Of a stretch of DNA of 64,000 nucleotides, positions 41,819 through 52,307 are shown in pieces. The notes beneath the pieces were generated by a model. It made no database searches. It was not told the origin of the DNA and worked only from the letters and a program-made list of their open reading frames with translations. This DNA is from a bacterium (GTDB lineage: Bacteria > UBA8248 > JACPRG01 > G963555815), in the NCBI GenBank assembly GCA_965261595.1, contig CBDHDG010000005.1, positions 288,001-352,000 on the forward strand, written 5' to 3'. The position numbers and the translations under genes were made by a program. Every line of letters begins with the position of its first letter. Position 1 is the first letter of the stretch.

Positions 41819-44311
41819 ATGGCGCAGTATGACATCAACATCCGGGATTACTGGAGGATCATCCGCAAGCGCCGGACGGTGATCATCTTCACAACGGTCT
41901 TGTTGGCGTTGCTCAGCTTTGTCTTCGGCAAGCTCAACGAACCGATTCCCATCTATTCCGCCGCTTCGGCGGTCAAGTTCCAGCGCAGCACGACGCTCGC
42001 CGGACTCGTGGCGGAAGCCTTCACGTTCGCCCCCACCGATGAAATGGCCACGCAGATGGTCATCGCCAGGAGCTACCCCATCATGGAGGGGGTGGCCAAA
42101 GGCCTGAAGCTGATCGATCCGGACCTTTCGTCGGAGAAGATTCGCTCCGACCGCCGCCTGGTCTCCACCGTCAACGGGCTGCGCAGGCAGGTCGCCGTCA
42201 CGCAGCAGGGCGAGACCAACATCATGACCATCCGCGTCACCTCCACCGACCCGAAACTGGCCTCCCGGATCGCCAACTTGGTGGCGCGCGTGTACCAGGC
42301 GCAGATGGCCCTCGATCGGAACAAGGAAACCCGCGAATCGCGCCTGTTCATCGAAAGCCAGCTCAAGCTGGTGGAGGGCAGACTCCGGAAGGCGGAGAAC
42401 CGGGTCAAGAAATTCCAGGAGACTCACCGGTTCTTTACCGTCCGCGGGCTGGCGAGCGCGATGACGTCGGAGCTGCAGAAACTGGAAAGAGACCTGGGGA
42501 ACCGGCGGAACAAGCTGATGGCGACGAGCCTGCTCTTGAAGCAGCTCCGGGGGATCAAGGCCTTGAAGGGCCACAGCAACGAGCGCCTGTTCATCGACGC
42601 CGGCTCGCCGGCCGCCCGGTTGAACGGCCGGCTGCTCGATTTCCAGCTCAAGCGGGACGCCCTGCTCCTCGTCTTCACCAACGATCACCCCGAGGTCATC
42701 GAGACCAACCGGCAGATCATCGACCTGCTGGATGAGATGGAGAACGAGTTGTCGGCCGAGGAGCGGATTCGAAAGCTCCGGGTGGGGGAGTTGGCAAAAC
42801 AGGTCGAATCGGCGAGGAAGCGGGCCGCGGAAGTTCCGGACATCGGCGTGCTGTACGGCCGTCTCCAGCAACAGGTGAAGGTCAACGGCGAGGTCTACAG
42901 CCTTCTGATCGGCAAGCTGCAAACGGCCCGGATCCGCGAGGCGGGGCTGACCAGTGAGGTGTCCATCGTCCGGCCCGCGTTCGAGCCGAACACCCCGATC
43001 AACAAGCCCTCCCTCATCCTCAACTCCCTCATCGGGGCCATCATCGGCATGGTGGTCGGGTTGGTCTTCGCGTTCCTGCTGGAAACGCTGGACACCTCCA
43101 TCGGCGCCATCGAGGACGTCGAGGAGTTTCTGGGCGTTCCGGTGGTGGGGATCATCCCCTACACCGATCCGGATTTCTTGTTCCGGGATTATCTCAACGA
43201 GAATCCGGGGAAGACGGAGAGTTTCGCCTCGGAAGTGTTTTACCGCCTGGCCTGCCATTTCATGCCGCGAACGCCCATGGCGGAGGCCTACCGCTCGCTG
43301 CGGACCAACATGGAGTTCCTGTCCCTGGAAAAGAGCGGCAACGCGTTCGTGGTGACGAGCTCCTCTCCCGGCGAGGGGAAGACCAATACGGTCATCAACC
43401 TGGCGTTGGCCTTTTCCCAGTCGGGCAAGCGGACCCTGCTCATCAGCGCGGACCTCAGACGCCCGACCATCTACCGGATCTTCGGCATCGAACGGGACCC
43501 CGGCCTGACCGATGTCCTCCTCGGAAACAACGAATGGCGCGAAGTGGTGCGGACCGTGACGGACATCATGATCGGAAAGTTCGACATGGAGGACATCATG
43601 TTGACCCCCGGTCTGGACAACCTGTCCATCATGACTTGCGGCCCGATCCCCCCCAACCCGGCCGAGCTGCTCAACTCCGCCACGATGAAGAACTTCCTCC
43701 AGGAGGTCTCCGAGGCTTACGACGTTGTCCTCATGGACACCCCCCCCATCCTCCCCGTCACCGACGCGGCCATCCTCGGCACGATGGTCCACGGCACCAT
43801 CCTGGTCTACCAGGTCGGTCAGGTCGCCCGGGGCGCACTACGGCGCGCCAAGGTGACGATGGACAACGTTCAGGCCCCGGTTTGGGGAGTCGTTCTCAAC
43901 TCCCTGCGAGTGGAAGATGACGAGGTGGATCCGGAGGAAGCCGGGCGGGTTGAGGACGAAGCCGATGATGATGAAGACGTGGAATACCGGACACCGCCGG
44001 GCGGAGGGAGGCGGAAGTCCTCCAAGACCCCGGCCGTCGGGTTCCTCTTGGGGGTTCTGGCCTTGGTGGGAGGGTGGCTCTGGCAGGAAGGGTATCCGAT
44101 TCCTTACGTGAAGGCCCGTCGCACCCTCATGGAACCCATCCGGAAGTCCGCCCCCGCGACGAAACCCGCCCGGCGGAAGGTGACGGGTTCCACCCTCCCG
44201 GCGCGCGACGAAGGCGCCCGTCTTTCCAACCGAAATGCGCGGTCTCCGTCCGGCGGGCCCAAGAGCCCATCCGCGACAAGGCCGATCGGGCCCGGTCCAT
44301 CCAGTCCGTGA
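41819..44311 (+). CDS. Wzc/GumC-type polysaccharide co-polymerase with fused BY-kinase domain
   Basis: DINIRDYWRII plus TM, coiled coil, second TM, AEAYRSLRTN, SSSPGEGKT, ADLRRP, PPNPAELL, MDTPP. Confidence 0.92.
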   Translation: MAQYDINIRDYWRIIRKRRTVIIFTTVLLALLSFVFGKLNEPIPIYSAASAVKFQRSTTLAGLVAEAFTFAPTDEMATQMVIARSYPIMEGVAKGLKLIDPDLSSEKIRSDRRLVSTVNGLRRQVAVTQQGETNIMTIRVTSTDPKLASRIANLVARVYQAQMALDRNKETRESRLFIESQLKLVEGRLRKAENRVKKFQETHRFFTVRGLASAMTSELQKLERDLGNRRNKLMATSLLLKQLRGIKALKGHSNERLFIDAGSPAARLNGRLLDFQLKRDALLLVFTNDHPEVIETNRQIIDLLDEMENELSAEERIRKLRVGELAKQVESARKRAAEVPDIGVLYGRLQQQVKVNGEVYSLLIGKLQTARIREAGLTSEVSIVRPAFEPNTPINKPSLILNSLIGAIIGMVVGLVFAFLLETLDTSIGAIEDVEEFLGVPVVGIIPYTDPDFLFRDYLNENPGKTESFASEVFYRLACHFMPRTPMAEAYRSLRTNMEFLSLEKSGNAFVVTSSSPGEGKTNTVINLALAFSQSGKRTLLISADLRRPTIYRIFGIERDPGLTDVLLGNNEWREVVRTVTDIMIGKFDMEDIMLTPGLDNLSIMTCGPIPPNPAELLNSATMKNFLQEVSEAYDVVLMDTPPILPVTDAAILGTMVHGTILVYQVGQVARGALRRAKVTMDNVQAPVWGVVLNSLRVEDDEVDPEEAGRVEDEADDDEDVEYRTPPGGGRRKSSKTPAVGFLLGVLALVGGWLWQEGYPIPYVKARRTLMEPIRKSAPATKPARRKVTGSTLPARDEGARLSNRNARSPSGGPKSPSATRPIGPGPSSP

Positions 44312-44606
44312 TCAGCCTCCGGTGGCCTGGACCCTTTTGATCTGGAAAGCCGAAGCCGGTCAGAGCTTTGAAAAACAATTGAGTTTGAGTCCTCTTCTGA
44401 TTTGTATAAGACTTTACACTTGGCGGATTTCACCCCTAAAATGGCATAAAATGTTTCCTGGCGGAGGGCATCGCCCGGCTGAGCCGTAAGTCTTATCGCG
44501 GACGGTGGGTGGACGGGCGCTTCCGGGGGGGGTGATTCGGTTTGGGGCATTGCTTCGAGTCGGATGACTCCGCCTCATTTCTTTTAATAGCGAGAGACCG
44601 AGCCAA

Positions 44607-45839
44607 ATGACGCACCCGACGTTCAAGGACATGATGCAGGACGTGGTGTTCTGGGGGAGTTGTTGCGAGTGCGGATCGTGCGTCCTCGTGTGCCCCCACA
44701 ACGTCATCGAGTACGTGGGCGGCAAGCCCAAGCAGACGGCCAAGGCGGCGGCCGCCCACGACTACTGCGGGATCAGCGAAGGCATCGGCTGCGACGTCTG
44801 CGCGGCCGTTTGCCCCAGGCTTTATCCGAAGGAGTGGCATCTCAAGGACCTTCTGTTCGGAAACGACCGGCCCTACGAGGGAGCCTTCGGGACGTACCGC
44901 ACCATCCAGGTGGCCCGCGCCAAAGACCCCGGGATGCTCGCGGCGGGCGAGGACGGCGGCGTCGTGACGACCATCCTGGAATGGGCCATGCGGGAGGGCG
45001 TCATCGACGGGGCCGTCACCGCCTCGTTGGACGGGAAGCTTCCCTGCCAGCCTGCGCCCACCGTGGTCACCTCTGTGGAGGAGCTCCGGAAGACCGCCAA
45101 GTCCTGGTACACCTATGTCCCCAACAACCTGGGGCTGGAGGAGGTCAAGAAAAAGGGCCTCGAAAAGGTGGCCTTCGTCGGCGTGCCCTGTCAGATCACC
45201 CCGATCCGGAAGATGGAGCTCTGCGACCCGGACTTCATCAAGACGCCGGACAAGCGGCCCAAGATCGTCGAGAAGCAGGAAGAGTTCCTGAAGGGTTTCA
45301 GCCGGCGCGTCGCCCTGAACATCGGCCTGTTCTGCACGGAGGTCTTCAACTACCAGGGCCTGATGGTGGAGAAGATCCAGGGCGAGCTCGGCGTCCCCCT
45401 GTCCGACGTGGTCAAGTTCAACGTCAAGGGAAAGGTCCTTGTGTACAAGAAGGACGGAGAGACCGTCGAGCTCAAGCTGAAGGAGTGCGCCACGAAGTAC
45501 GGCCGGCCCGAGTGCCACCATTGCGGGGACTTTTCCGCCGAATTGGCCGACATCGCCTGCGGGGGCGTCGGCGCCATGGGGTGGACCATCGTCGTCACCC
45601 GAACGCCCAGGGGGGAAGAAATCTGGAACCGCGTGGAGGCGTCCGGCCTGGTCGAGGTGAAATCCATCGAGGACTTCGAGAAGTCCCTCCGGGTCCTCAA
45701 TATCCTCGCCGAGCGGCAGACCAAGCGGGTGCCGGAGGGGACGCGGCTGCGGGGCATGCCCCGCGCGCCCCTGGAAGGCGGCGTGGTCCAGCGAACGGGC
45801 ACGGAGCCCATCGAGACCGGGACGTTGTTGGACGCCTGA
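44607..45839 (+). CDS. Coenzyme F420 hydrogenase/dehydrogenase beta-subunit family protein (FrhB/FdhB) with an N-terminal ferredoxin domain
   Basis: CCECGSCVLVCP, CDVCAAVCP, EDGGVVT, VGVPCQI, IGLFC, ECHHCGDF.AELADI.CG. Confidence 0.88.
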   Translation: MTHPTFKDMMQDVVFWGSCCECGSCVLVCPHNVIEYVGGKPKQTAKAAAAHDYCGISEGIGCDVCAAVCPRLYPKEWHLKDLLFGNDRPYEGAFGTYRTIQVARAKDPGMLAAGEDGGVVTTILEWAMREGVIDGAVTASLDGKLPCQPAPTVVTSVEELRKTAKSWYTYVPNNLGLEEVKKKGLEKVAFVGVPCQITPIRKMELCDPDFIKTPDKRPKIVEKQEEFLKGFSRRVALNIGLFCTEVFNYQGLMVEKIQGELGVPLSDVVKFNVKGKVLVYKKDGETVELKLKECATKYGRPECHHCGDFSAELADIACGGVGAMGWTIVVTRTPRGEEIWNRVEASGLVEVKSIEDFEKSLRVLNILAERQTKRVPEGTRLRGMPRAPLEGGVVQRTGTEPIETGTLLDA

Positions 45840-45969
45840 TTCGGGTGAAGCGCCGGCCCGCGGGCGTTTGAAAGGCGGTGTCGCCGGACTGCCGTGTTGA
45901 TTGCGCTCCTCGTGATCGGGCCTATGTGTGAAGCTCGGGAATTCCACTTGAACCGGGAGGGTTGATGCC

Positions 45970-46824
45970 GTGGTGAAAGAGCTATTCCGCCCCGCGACCC
46001 CGGAGGACGCCGTCGCCCTCCTCGCGGAGCACAAGGGCAAGGCCAAGGTGCTGGCCGGCGGAACGGACCTCGTCGTCCTGATTCGCGCCGGGAAAATCGC
46101 GCCGGAGGTGATCGTCAGCCTCAACGGGATCGCCGCGATGCGGTCTCTGTCGTTCAACCCGGACGACGGGTTGCGGATCGGGGCGTTGACGACGCATTCG
46201 GAGCTCCTTGAAAACGGGGACGTCCAGGCACGGTATCCGGTTCTGGCGGAGACGGCCCGGGCCCTCGCGGGTCCGCCCGTCCGCAACGCCGCTTCGGTGG
46301 CCGGGAACCTGTGCCACGCGGCTCCGTCGGCCGACTTCGGGCCCCCGCTTCTGGCCCTGGGCGCCTCGGTGGCGGTCCTCGGACCCGGGGGGGAACGGAT
46401 GGTTCCGCTCACGGACTTCTTCAAGGGGCCCAACCGGACCGACCTGGCCGAGGACGAGATCCTGACGGAGATCCGGGTTCCGACCCCGGCCGAGGGTTCC
46501 GGGGCCGGTTACCAGAAGCTGGGAGTCCGGAGCGCGATGGAGATCGCCATGGTCAGCGCGGCGGCTTCCCTGACGAAGACGAACGGCTCCTGCTCGGACG
46601 TGCGCGTCGCGCTGGGGGCGGTGGCCCCGGCGCCGTTTCTGGTGAAATTGGCCGCGGCGGCCGTCGAGGGCAAGGCCCCCTCGGCGGAGGTCTTCGCCCG
46701 GGCGGGCGCGGCGGCGGCGGCGGAAAGCCAACCCATCTCGGACATCCGGGCTTCGGCCGAGTACCGGAAGAAAATGGTCGCGGTCCTGACGCGCCGGGCG
46801 CTCGCCCGCGCGGCGGGACTGTGA
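45970..46824 (+). CDS. Xanthine dehydrogenase-family FAD-binding subunit (CoxM-like)
   Basis: LAGGTDL, VRNAASVAGNL, PSAD, PISDIRASAEYR. Confidence 0.92.
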   Translation: MVKELFRPATPEDAVALLAEHKGKAKVLAGGTDLVVLIRAGKIAPEVIVSLNGIAAMRSLSFNPDDGLRIGALTTHSELLENGDVQARYPVLAETARALAGPPVRNAASVAGNLCHAAPSADFGPPLLALGASVAVLGPGGERMVPLTDFFKGPNRTDLAEDEILTEIRVPTPAEGSGAGYQKLGVRSAMEIAMVSAAASLTKTNGSCSDVRVALGAVAPAPFLVKLAAAAVEGKAPSAEVFARAGAAAAAESQPISDIRASAEYRKKMVAVLTRRALARAAGL

Positions 46825-46838
46825 GAGGAGAGGCGGCG

Positions 46839-47303
46839 ATGGAATGCACGCTCAACATCAACGGAAGGTCGCACATCGTCTCGGTCCGGCCCGATGAGAC
46901 GCTGCTGGACGCCCTGCGCGAAAGGCTCAACCTGACCGGCTCGAAAGAGGGCTGCGGGGAGGGCGACTGCGGGGCCTGCACGATCCAGGTGGACGGCCGG
47001 GCGGTCAACGCCTGCCTCCTCCTGGCCGCGGACGCCGAGGGCCGGGCGATCCGGACCATCGAGGGCCTGGCCGAGAACGGCGAGCTGAGCCCCATTCAGC
47101 GGGCCTTCGTCGAGAACGGGGGCATCCAGTGCGGGTTCTGCATTCCGGGAATGCTCATGTCCGCCGACGCCCTGCTGCAAAAGAATCCCAATCCCTCCGA
47201 CACGGAGATCCGCGAGGCGCTGGCGGGGAACCTTTGCCGCTGCACCGGCTACATCAAGATCTTCGAGTCGGTGAAGGCCGCGACGGAAGAGACGGCGGGA
47301 TAA
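46839..47303 (+). CDS. Xanthine dehydrogenase-family [2Fe-2S] subunit (CoxS-like)
   Basis: GCGEGDCGAC, QCGFC.PG, GNLCRCTGY. Confidence 0.95.
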   Translation: MECTLNINGRSHIVSVRPDETLLDALRERLNLTGSKEGCGEGDCGACTIQVDGRAVNACLLLAADAEGRAIRTIEGLAENGELSPIQRAFVENGGIQCGFCIPGMLMSADALLQKNPNPSDTEIREALAGNLCRCTGYIKIFESVKAATEETAG

Positions 47304-47365
47304 CCAACCCCCGATGACCGGCGGGCCCCGCGCGCGGCCGCCGGTTCCACGGAAGGAGAGAGACC

Positions 47366-49681
47366 ATGGCGCAGGCTTCCATCGGGACAAGGGTTCCCCG
47401 GCTGGACGGCGGCGAGAAGGCGATGGGCAAGGCCCAGTACCTGGCGGACCTGAAGCTGACGGGGATGACGCAGGTCCGGTTCGTCAAGTCCCCCCTGGCC
47501 CACGCCCGGATCAAATCCATCGACACCTCCAAGGCCGAGGCCCTTCCGGGCGTCGTGGCCGTCGTCACGCACGAAGACGTCCCCGACACGCTCGTCGGCG
47601 AGGTCGTCATGGACCAGCGGCTCTTCGCCAAGGAGAAGGTCCGTTACGTAGGCGACATCGTGGCCGCGGTGGCGGCGGAGGATCTGGACACCGCCAACCG
47701 GGCCGTCGAGCTCGTGAAGATCGATTACGAGGAGCTGCCGGCCGTCTTCTCGGTCGAGGAAGCGTTGAAAGAAGACGCCCCCGAGCTTCACGAGGAGTAT
47801 CAGAGCTACGAGACCATCCCGCCCGCGGCGGATCCGCACAAGATGATGACCGGCCGGAACATCTGCTGGAGGGGGATGATCAAGAAGGGGGACGTCGAGA
47901 AGGGGTTCAGCGAGGCGGACAAGGTTGTGGAAGACCACTTCGACATCCCGGCCGCCCAGGGCTCTCCCATCGAGACCCACGGCGTCGTGGCGGAGCCGGC
48001 CCGGGACGGTCGGGGAGTGACGGTCTGGACCTCCACGCAGGTGCCCTTCGGCGTCCGGGAGGTGACGGCCCACGGCCTCCACCTGCCCATTTCGAGCGTG
48101 CGCGTCATCGCCCCCACCGTCGGCGGCGGCTTCGGCTCCAAGTGCCAGCCCTGGGTGGAGCCGATGGTCGCGGCCGTCGCCATCAAGGCCGGCCGGCCGG
48201 CCCGGTACGTGATGAGCCGGGAGGAGGAGTTCGAGATCACCCAGCCGCGGCACCCGATGACGGTGATCGTGAAATCCGGGGTGATGAACGACGGGAAGAT
48301 TGTGGCCCGCCACGTCCGCATCATGATGAACACCGGCCACAGCGTGATGCTGGCGCCCATCATGGTGTCTCTGGTCGCCCATGTGGGCGGAGCGCCTTAC
48401 AACATCCCCAACCTGTGGGTGCAGTGCGTCGCCGCGTTCACGAACCTGCCGAGCTTCTCCCTTGTCCGGGGGCCGGGCGGACCCCAGGCGACCTTCGCCG
48501 TCGAGCAGCACACCGACCGTCTGGCCGACGCCGTCGGCATGGACCGGGTTGATTTCCGGATGAACAACTGCGTCGGCCCGGGCGACAAAGGCCCCTCCGG
48601 ACAGGAGCTGGGCGGCGTGGGTCTCAAAGAGGCCCTCCAGAAGGTGAAGGAATCCATTGGGTGGGGGCAAGACCGGCCCGAGGGGCGCGGCGTCGGCGTC
48701 GCCATCGGCTGGTACTCGACCCTCATCGGGATGGGCTCCTCGGCCACTGTGTCCCTGAACGAGGACGGCTCGGTCAAGGTGACGACGGGATTCGTGGACC
48801 ACGGGACCGGGAATGTGTACGGCGGTCTGCCCATCTTCATCTCCAACGAGCTGGGCGTGGACATGGACAAGATCCACATCACGAGCGGCGACACCGAGAC
48901 GGGGCCCTGGGACTACGGGACCGTGGGCAGCCGCTCGACGTACAACCACGTCCGGGCGGTGGGCGCGGCCATCGAGGATATCAAGGGGCAGCTTCGCGAG
49001 CGGGCCGCCGGCATGCTCGAAGCCGATCCCAAAGAGATGGACATTCAGGACGGCAAGGTGTTCGTCCGGAGCACGCCGGACAAGGCCATTCCCGTGGGTG
49101 TGCTCTGCGCGACGGCGGGCAAGCCGGGCTTCCCCGGCCCCATTGTCGCCAACGGCTCCTACAACGGGACCCCCTGGCCGCCCGGGGAGGACGTGGAGGT
49201 CGCGTTGGCCCTCACCTCTTTCGGGGAGCCCCCCTTCGTGGCCCAGGCCGCGGAGGTCGAAGTCGACCCGGAGACCGGGAACATCAAGGTCCTGAAGATC
49301 GCCTCGGCCGTGGACGCCGGATTCGCCCTCAACCCCATCGGCCTGGAAGGGCAGGTCGAGGGCGGGACGATACAGTCTCTGGGCCAGGCCCTGACCGAGC
49401 GGATGGTCTTCGACGACAAGGGCCGCCTGCTCAACGCGAGCTTCCTGGACTATAAGCTCCCCCTGGCCCCGGACATCCCGGAGTTCGACACGATTGTTGT
49501 CGAGAGCCAGGCCGATCAGGGAGCGATGGGGACGAAGGGGGTCGGCGAGGCGCCGGTCGTGGCGACGGCGGCAGCCATCGCGGGCGCGGTGAGCGCGGCC
49601 ACGGGCGCGACGTTCGACAAGCTCCCGCTGATGCCGGAATATGTCCTGGAACGCATCGAGGCCGCATCAGCTACGGTGTAG
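47366..49681 (+). CDS. Xanthine dehydrogenase-family molybdopterin-binding subunit
   Basis: SPLAHARI, VGGGFGSK, RGPGGPQ, GSRST, GQVEGG, KGVGE. Confidence 0.93.
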   Translation: MAQASIGTRVPRLDGGEKAMGKAQYLADLKLTGMTQVRFVKSPLAHARIKSIDTSKAEALPGVVAVVTHEDVPDTLVGEVVMDQRLFAKEKVRYVGDIVAAVAAEDLDTANRAVELVKIDYEELPAVFSVEEALKEDAPELHEEYQSYETIPPAADPHKMMTGRNICWRGMIKKGDVEKGFSEADKVVEDHFDIPAAQGSPIETHGVVAEPARDGRGVTVWTSTQVPFGVREVTAHGLHLPISSVRVIAPTVGGGFGSKCQPWVEPMVAAVAIKAGRPARYVMSREEEFEITQPRHPMTVIVKSGVMNDGKIVARHVRIMMNTGHSVMLAPIMVSLVAHVGGAPYNIPNLWVQCVAAFTNLPSFSLVRGPGGPQATFAVEQHTDRLADAVGMDRVDFRMNNCVGPGDKGPSGQELGGVGLKEALQKVKESIGWGQDRPEGRGVGVAIGWYSTLIGMGSSATVSLNEDGSVKVTTGFVDHGTGNVYGGLPIFISNELGVDMDKIHITSGDTETGPWDYGTVGSRSTYNHVRAVGAAIEDIKGQLRERAAGMLEADPKEMDIQDGKVFVRSTPDKAIPVGVLCATAGKPGFPGPIVANGSYNGTPWPPGEDVEVALALTSFGEPPFVAQAAEVEVDPETGNIKVLKIASAVDAGFALNPIGLEGQVEGGTIQSLGQALTERMVFDDKGRLLNASFLDYKLPLAPDIPEFDTIVVESQADQGAMGTKGVGEAPVVATAAAIAGAVSAATGATFDKLPLMPEYVLERIEAASATV

Positions 49682-49689
49682 AGGCAAAA

Positions 49690-49958
49690 CCGCGGGGGGC
49701 GCTTTTTGAAAGGCGCCCCCCCGCACCCCCCCGCAAAACTTGCTTCTTGCGAAAGAGGGCGGCGCCATAGGCGCCGCCCTCTTTCGCAAGAAGCAAGGGG
49801 CTGGACGGCCCCAAATGCGTGCTTATGATGTAGGGGCGGGTCCCCGTCCCCGCCCGAAAGTTCCGCGCGGCAAGATGAGTCGTTAGCCGTTCCATGTGCC
49901 GCCGCAAAAAGTTTTCCGGGGGGTGTGGGGGGCCGGCTTTCAAAAAGGCCCCCCACGG
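49690..49958. repeat. Composite palindromic repeat region: copy B (49690-49795), GTAG REP (49830-49856), inverted copy C (49903-49958)
   Basis: Matches 2495-2600; GTAGGGGCGGGTCCCCGTCCCCGCCCG hairpin resembles the IS110 target REP. Confidence 0.85.
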
Positions 49959-49967
49959 TCTTGCTTT

Positions 49968-50753
49968 TTATTCTCCTCGAAACTCCGGTTTCCGCTTCTC
50001 GGCGAAGGCCGAGGTCCCTTCTTTCGCGTCTTGCGTGCCGCGCAGGAGCGTGAACAGCGTGTTCTCGAAGGCCAGACCGTCGGCGAGGTTCATCTCCGCG
50101 CCCCGGCGGATCGCCTCCTTGGCGAACCGGACGCCGAGGGGGGCCTTCCGGCAAATGTTCTCGGCCAGCTCCCGCGCCGTTTTCATCAGCTCGCCGGGCG
50201 GGACGACGCGCGTGACCAGTCCGATGCTGAGGGCGGCGCGGGCGTCGATGCGCTCTCCCGTCAGGACCAGGTCGAGCGCGCGGGCCATGCCCACGATGCG
50301 CGAGAGCCGCTGAGTCCCGCCGGCGCCCGGCATGATCCCGAGGGACACTTCGGGCAGGCCGAGGCTCGCCGTTTCCGACGCGATCCGGATGTCGCAGCAG
50401 AGCGCCAGCTCGAGGCCGCCGCCGAGGGCGTACCCGTTGACGGCGGCGAGGATCGGCTTGGTCTGGTTTTCCAGGGCGTGGCAGACGTCCCGTCCGCCGA
50501 GGTGGGACTTGCGCTGAACCCAGGCCGATTCGTCCAGGACGGAGGCGATGGTCTTCTTGATGTCGGCGCCGGCGCAGAAGGCCTTCTCTCCCGCGCCGGC
50601 GAGGATGGCCGCCCACAGGCCGTCATCCTCCCTGAAGTCGTCGAAGACCTCCCGCATCCGCGATTCGGTTTCCGGGTCGAGGGCGTTGAGCGCCTCCGGG
50701 CGGTTCATCGTCACCGTCAGGATCCGGCCGGTCTTGTCCACATCCAGGCTCAT
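49968..50753 (-). CDS. Enoyl-CoA hydratase/isomerase
   Basis: NRPEALNAL, AFCAGADI, GGGLELAL, PEVSLG.MPGAGGTQRL. Confidence 0.93.
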   Translation of the reverse strand: MSLDVDKTGRILTVTMNRPEALNALDPETESRMREVFDDFREDDGLWAAILAGAGEKAFCAGADIKKTIASVLDESAWVQRKSHLGGRDVCHALENQTKPILAAVNGYALGGGLELALCCDIRIASETASLGLPEVSLGIMPGAGGTQRLSRIVGMARALDLVLTGERIDARAALSIGLVTRVVPPGELMKTARELAENICRKAPLGVRFAKEAIRRGAEMNLADGLAFENTLFTLLRGTQDAKEGTSAFAEKRKPEFRGE

Positions 50754-51041
50754 CTTGGGGATCTCCTTTCGTCGTCGGGGTCGGGGGGGGGGGGGGAGCG
50801 CCCGATCGTTTGATCGCCGGAGAGGGTCAATGCGGATCGGCGATTGTGACAGAAGCCGGGGAGATGACACCAGAGGTTGCGGGTCTCCGTCAAGGGCTTC
50901 CACGGGAGGGGGAGAGGGAGAGAAGGGGGAGGACGGCGCGCCGGTTGACGGAAAGGGCGGCGAGGCCGGATACTCCGTACGGTTGATTCGGGGTCCGTGT
51001 CGGAATTTCGCGGACTTTCAGCGTTGGACAGGAGCGGCTTG

Positions 51042-52307
51042 ATGAAAAACCGCTGGGTCATCGTTTTCTCCGCGGCCGTCATCACGACGGTGGGCTTCGG
51101 GAGCCGGGGCGTTTTCGGCGTTTTTTACGTCGAGATGTTGAGAGAGTTCGAGTGGAACCGGGCCGACCTGGCGGGGGTGTATTCCCTGGGTCTGCTCATC
51201 ATGGGGGCCGGGGGCGCGTTGGCGGGCGCGCTCGTGCGGTTTCTCGGCCCGAAGCGGTTCTATCTCCTCGGCGGGCTCCTCGTCGGGCTGACCTTCTACC
51301 TGGCGAGCCGGGTGGAGTCCCTGCTCGACGTGTACCTCGCCTGGGGGGTGTTGGGCGGATTGACCCTGGCCGCCTTGGGGCCCGCTTCGGCCCAGGGGCT
51401 GGTGGCCCGGTGGTTCACGACGCGGAGAGGGCTGGGCATCGGCCTGGTCGGGGCGGGGACGGGGGGCGGGAGCCTCATCCTCGCGCCGTTGGCCCAGACA
51501 TTCATCGACTCGTACGGCTGGCGCGGCGGTTTGGTGGCCGTCGGCGTGATTTCGTTCATCGTGGTTGCCGTCGTAGGCGTGGTGTTCATGCGGGAGCCGC
51601 CGACTGAGATTGCCTCGCAGTCTCCGCCCAAGCCCGAGACCGGCCCGCCCGCCGGAGGGGAGGTGAGGGGGGGAAGCCCGGCCGCGGAGTCCGCCGCTGT
51701 ATGGACCCTGAGCGGCGCCCTTCGGACCGGCCCCATCTGGACGATCTCCATCGCGTGGCTCGGCCTGGCCACATCCATTCATTTCATCGGAACGCATTTT
51801 GTCGCGTTGACCGTGGGTGTGGGGCATCCGGCGCTGTTCGGGTCGACCATCCTGGCGCTCAGCGGCGTGATCTCCATTGTGAACCGTGTGGTCGGCGGGG
51901 GGCTCTCGGACCGGATCGGGCGCGTGAAGACCTTTGTGACCGGGGCGTTCGTGGCGGCCCTCGGCCTGGCCGTCCTGTTTTTCCACCAAACGCCGGATCG
52001 GGTGTGGGACCTCTATCTCTTCGCGGTTCTGTTCGGCGGGGGGATCGGCGCGATGACCGGGCAGACGACGGCCCTGGCGTCGGACATGTACCGGGGAAAG
52101 AATTTCGGGACCATCCTGGGGTTCATCACCATCGGTTTCGGCCTCGGCGGCGCGGCGGGCGCCTGGCTGGGCGGGCTTGTCTACGACCTCACGGGCGGCT
52201 ACCGCGTGGTCGTCGCGTATGAATTCTTCGCCCTGATCATCTCGGCCCTCTTCTTCATCGCCGCCGGCCGGGCTATCCGGAGGTATCAGGGGGTGTCACG
52301 GGTGTAG
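51042..52307 (+). CDS. MFS transporter (OFA/MCT-like)
   Basis: ~12 hydrophobic segments, WFTTRRGLGIG, GGLSDRIGR. Confidence 0.9.
   Translation: MKNRWVIVFSAAVITTVGFGSRGVFGVFYVEMLREFEWNRADLAGVYSLGLLIMGAGGALAGALVRFLGPKRFYLLGGLLVGLTFYLASRVESLLDVYLAWGVLGGLTLAALGPASAQGLVARWFTTRRGLGIGLVGAGTGGGSLILAPLAQTFIDSYGWRGGLVAVGVISFIVVAVVGVVFMREPPTEIASQSPPKPETGPPAGGEVRGGSPAAESAAVWTLSGALRTGPIWTISIAWLGLATSIHFIGTHFVALTVGVGHPALFGSTILALSGVISIVNRVVGGGLSDRIGRVKTFVTGAFVAALGLAVLFFHQTPDRVWDLYLFAVLFGGGIGAMTGQTTALASDMYRGKNFGTILGFITIGFGLGGAAGAWLGGLVYDLTGGYRVVVAYEFFALIISALFFIAAGRAIRRYQGVSRV

Noticed and set aside
44400..44600. Possible riboswitch or sigma54 promoter upstream of the FrhB-like gene
   Set aside because: TGGCATAAAATG lacks a matching -12 element; no recognisable aptamer consensus
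44607..45839. F420-reducing hydrogenase
   Set aside because: No FrhA/FrhG or maturation genes nearby; only the beta-subunit family is supported
47366..49681. Aerobic CO dehydrogenase (coxMSL)
   Set aside because: Lacks the AYxCSFR and AYRGAGR active-site motifs; reported only as XDH family
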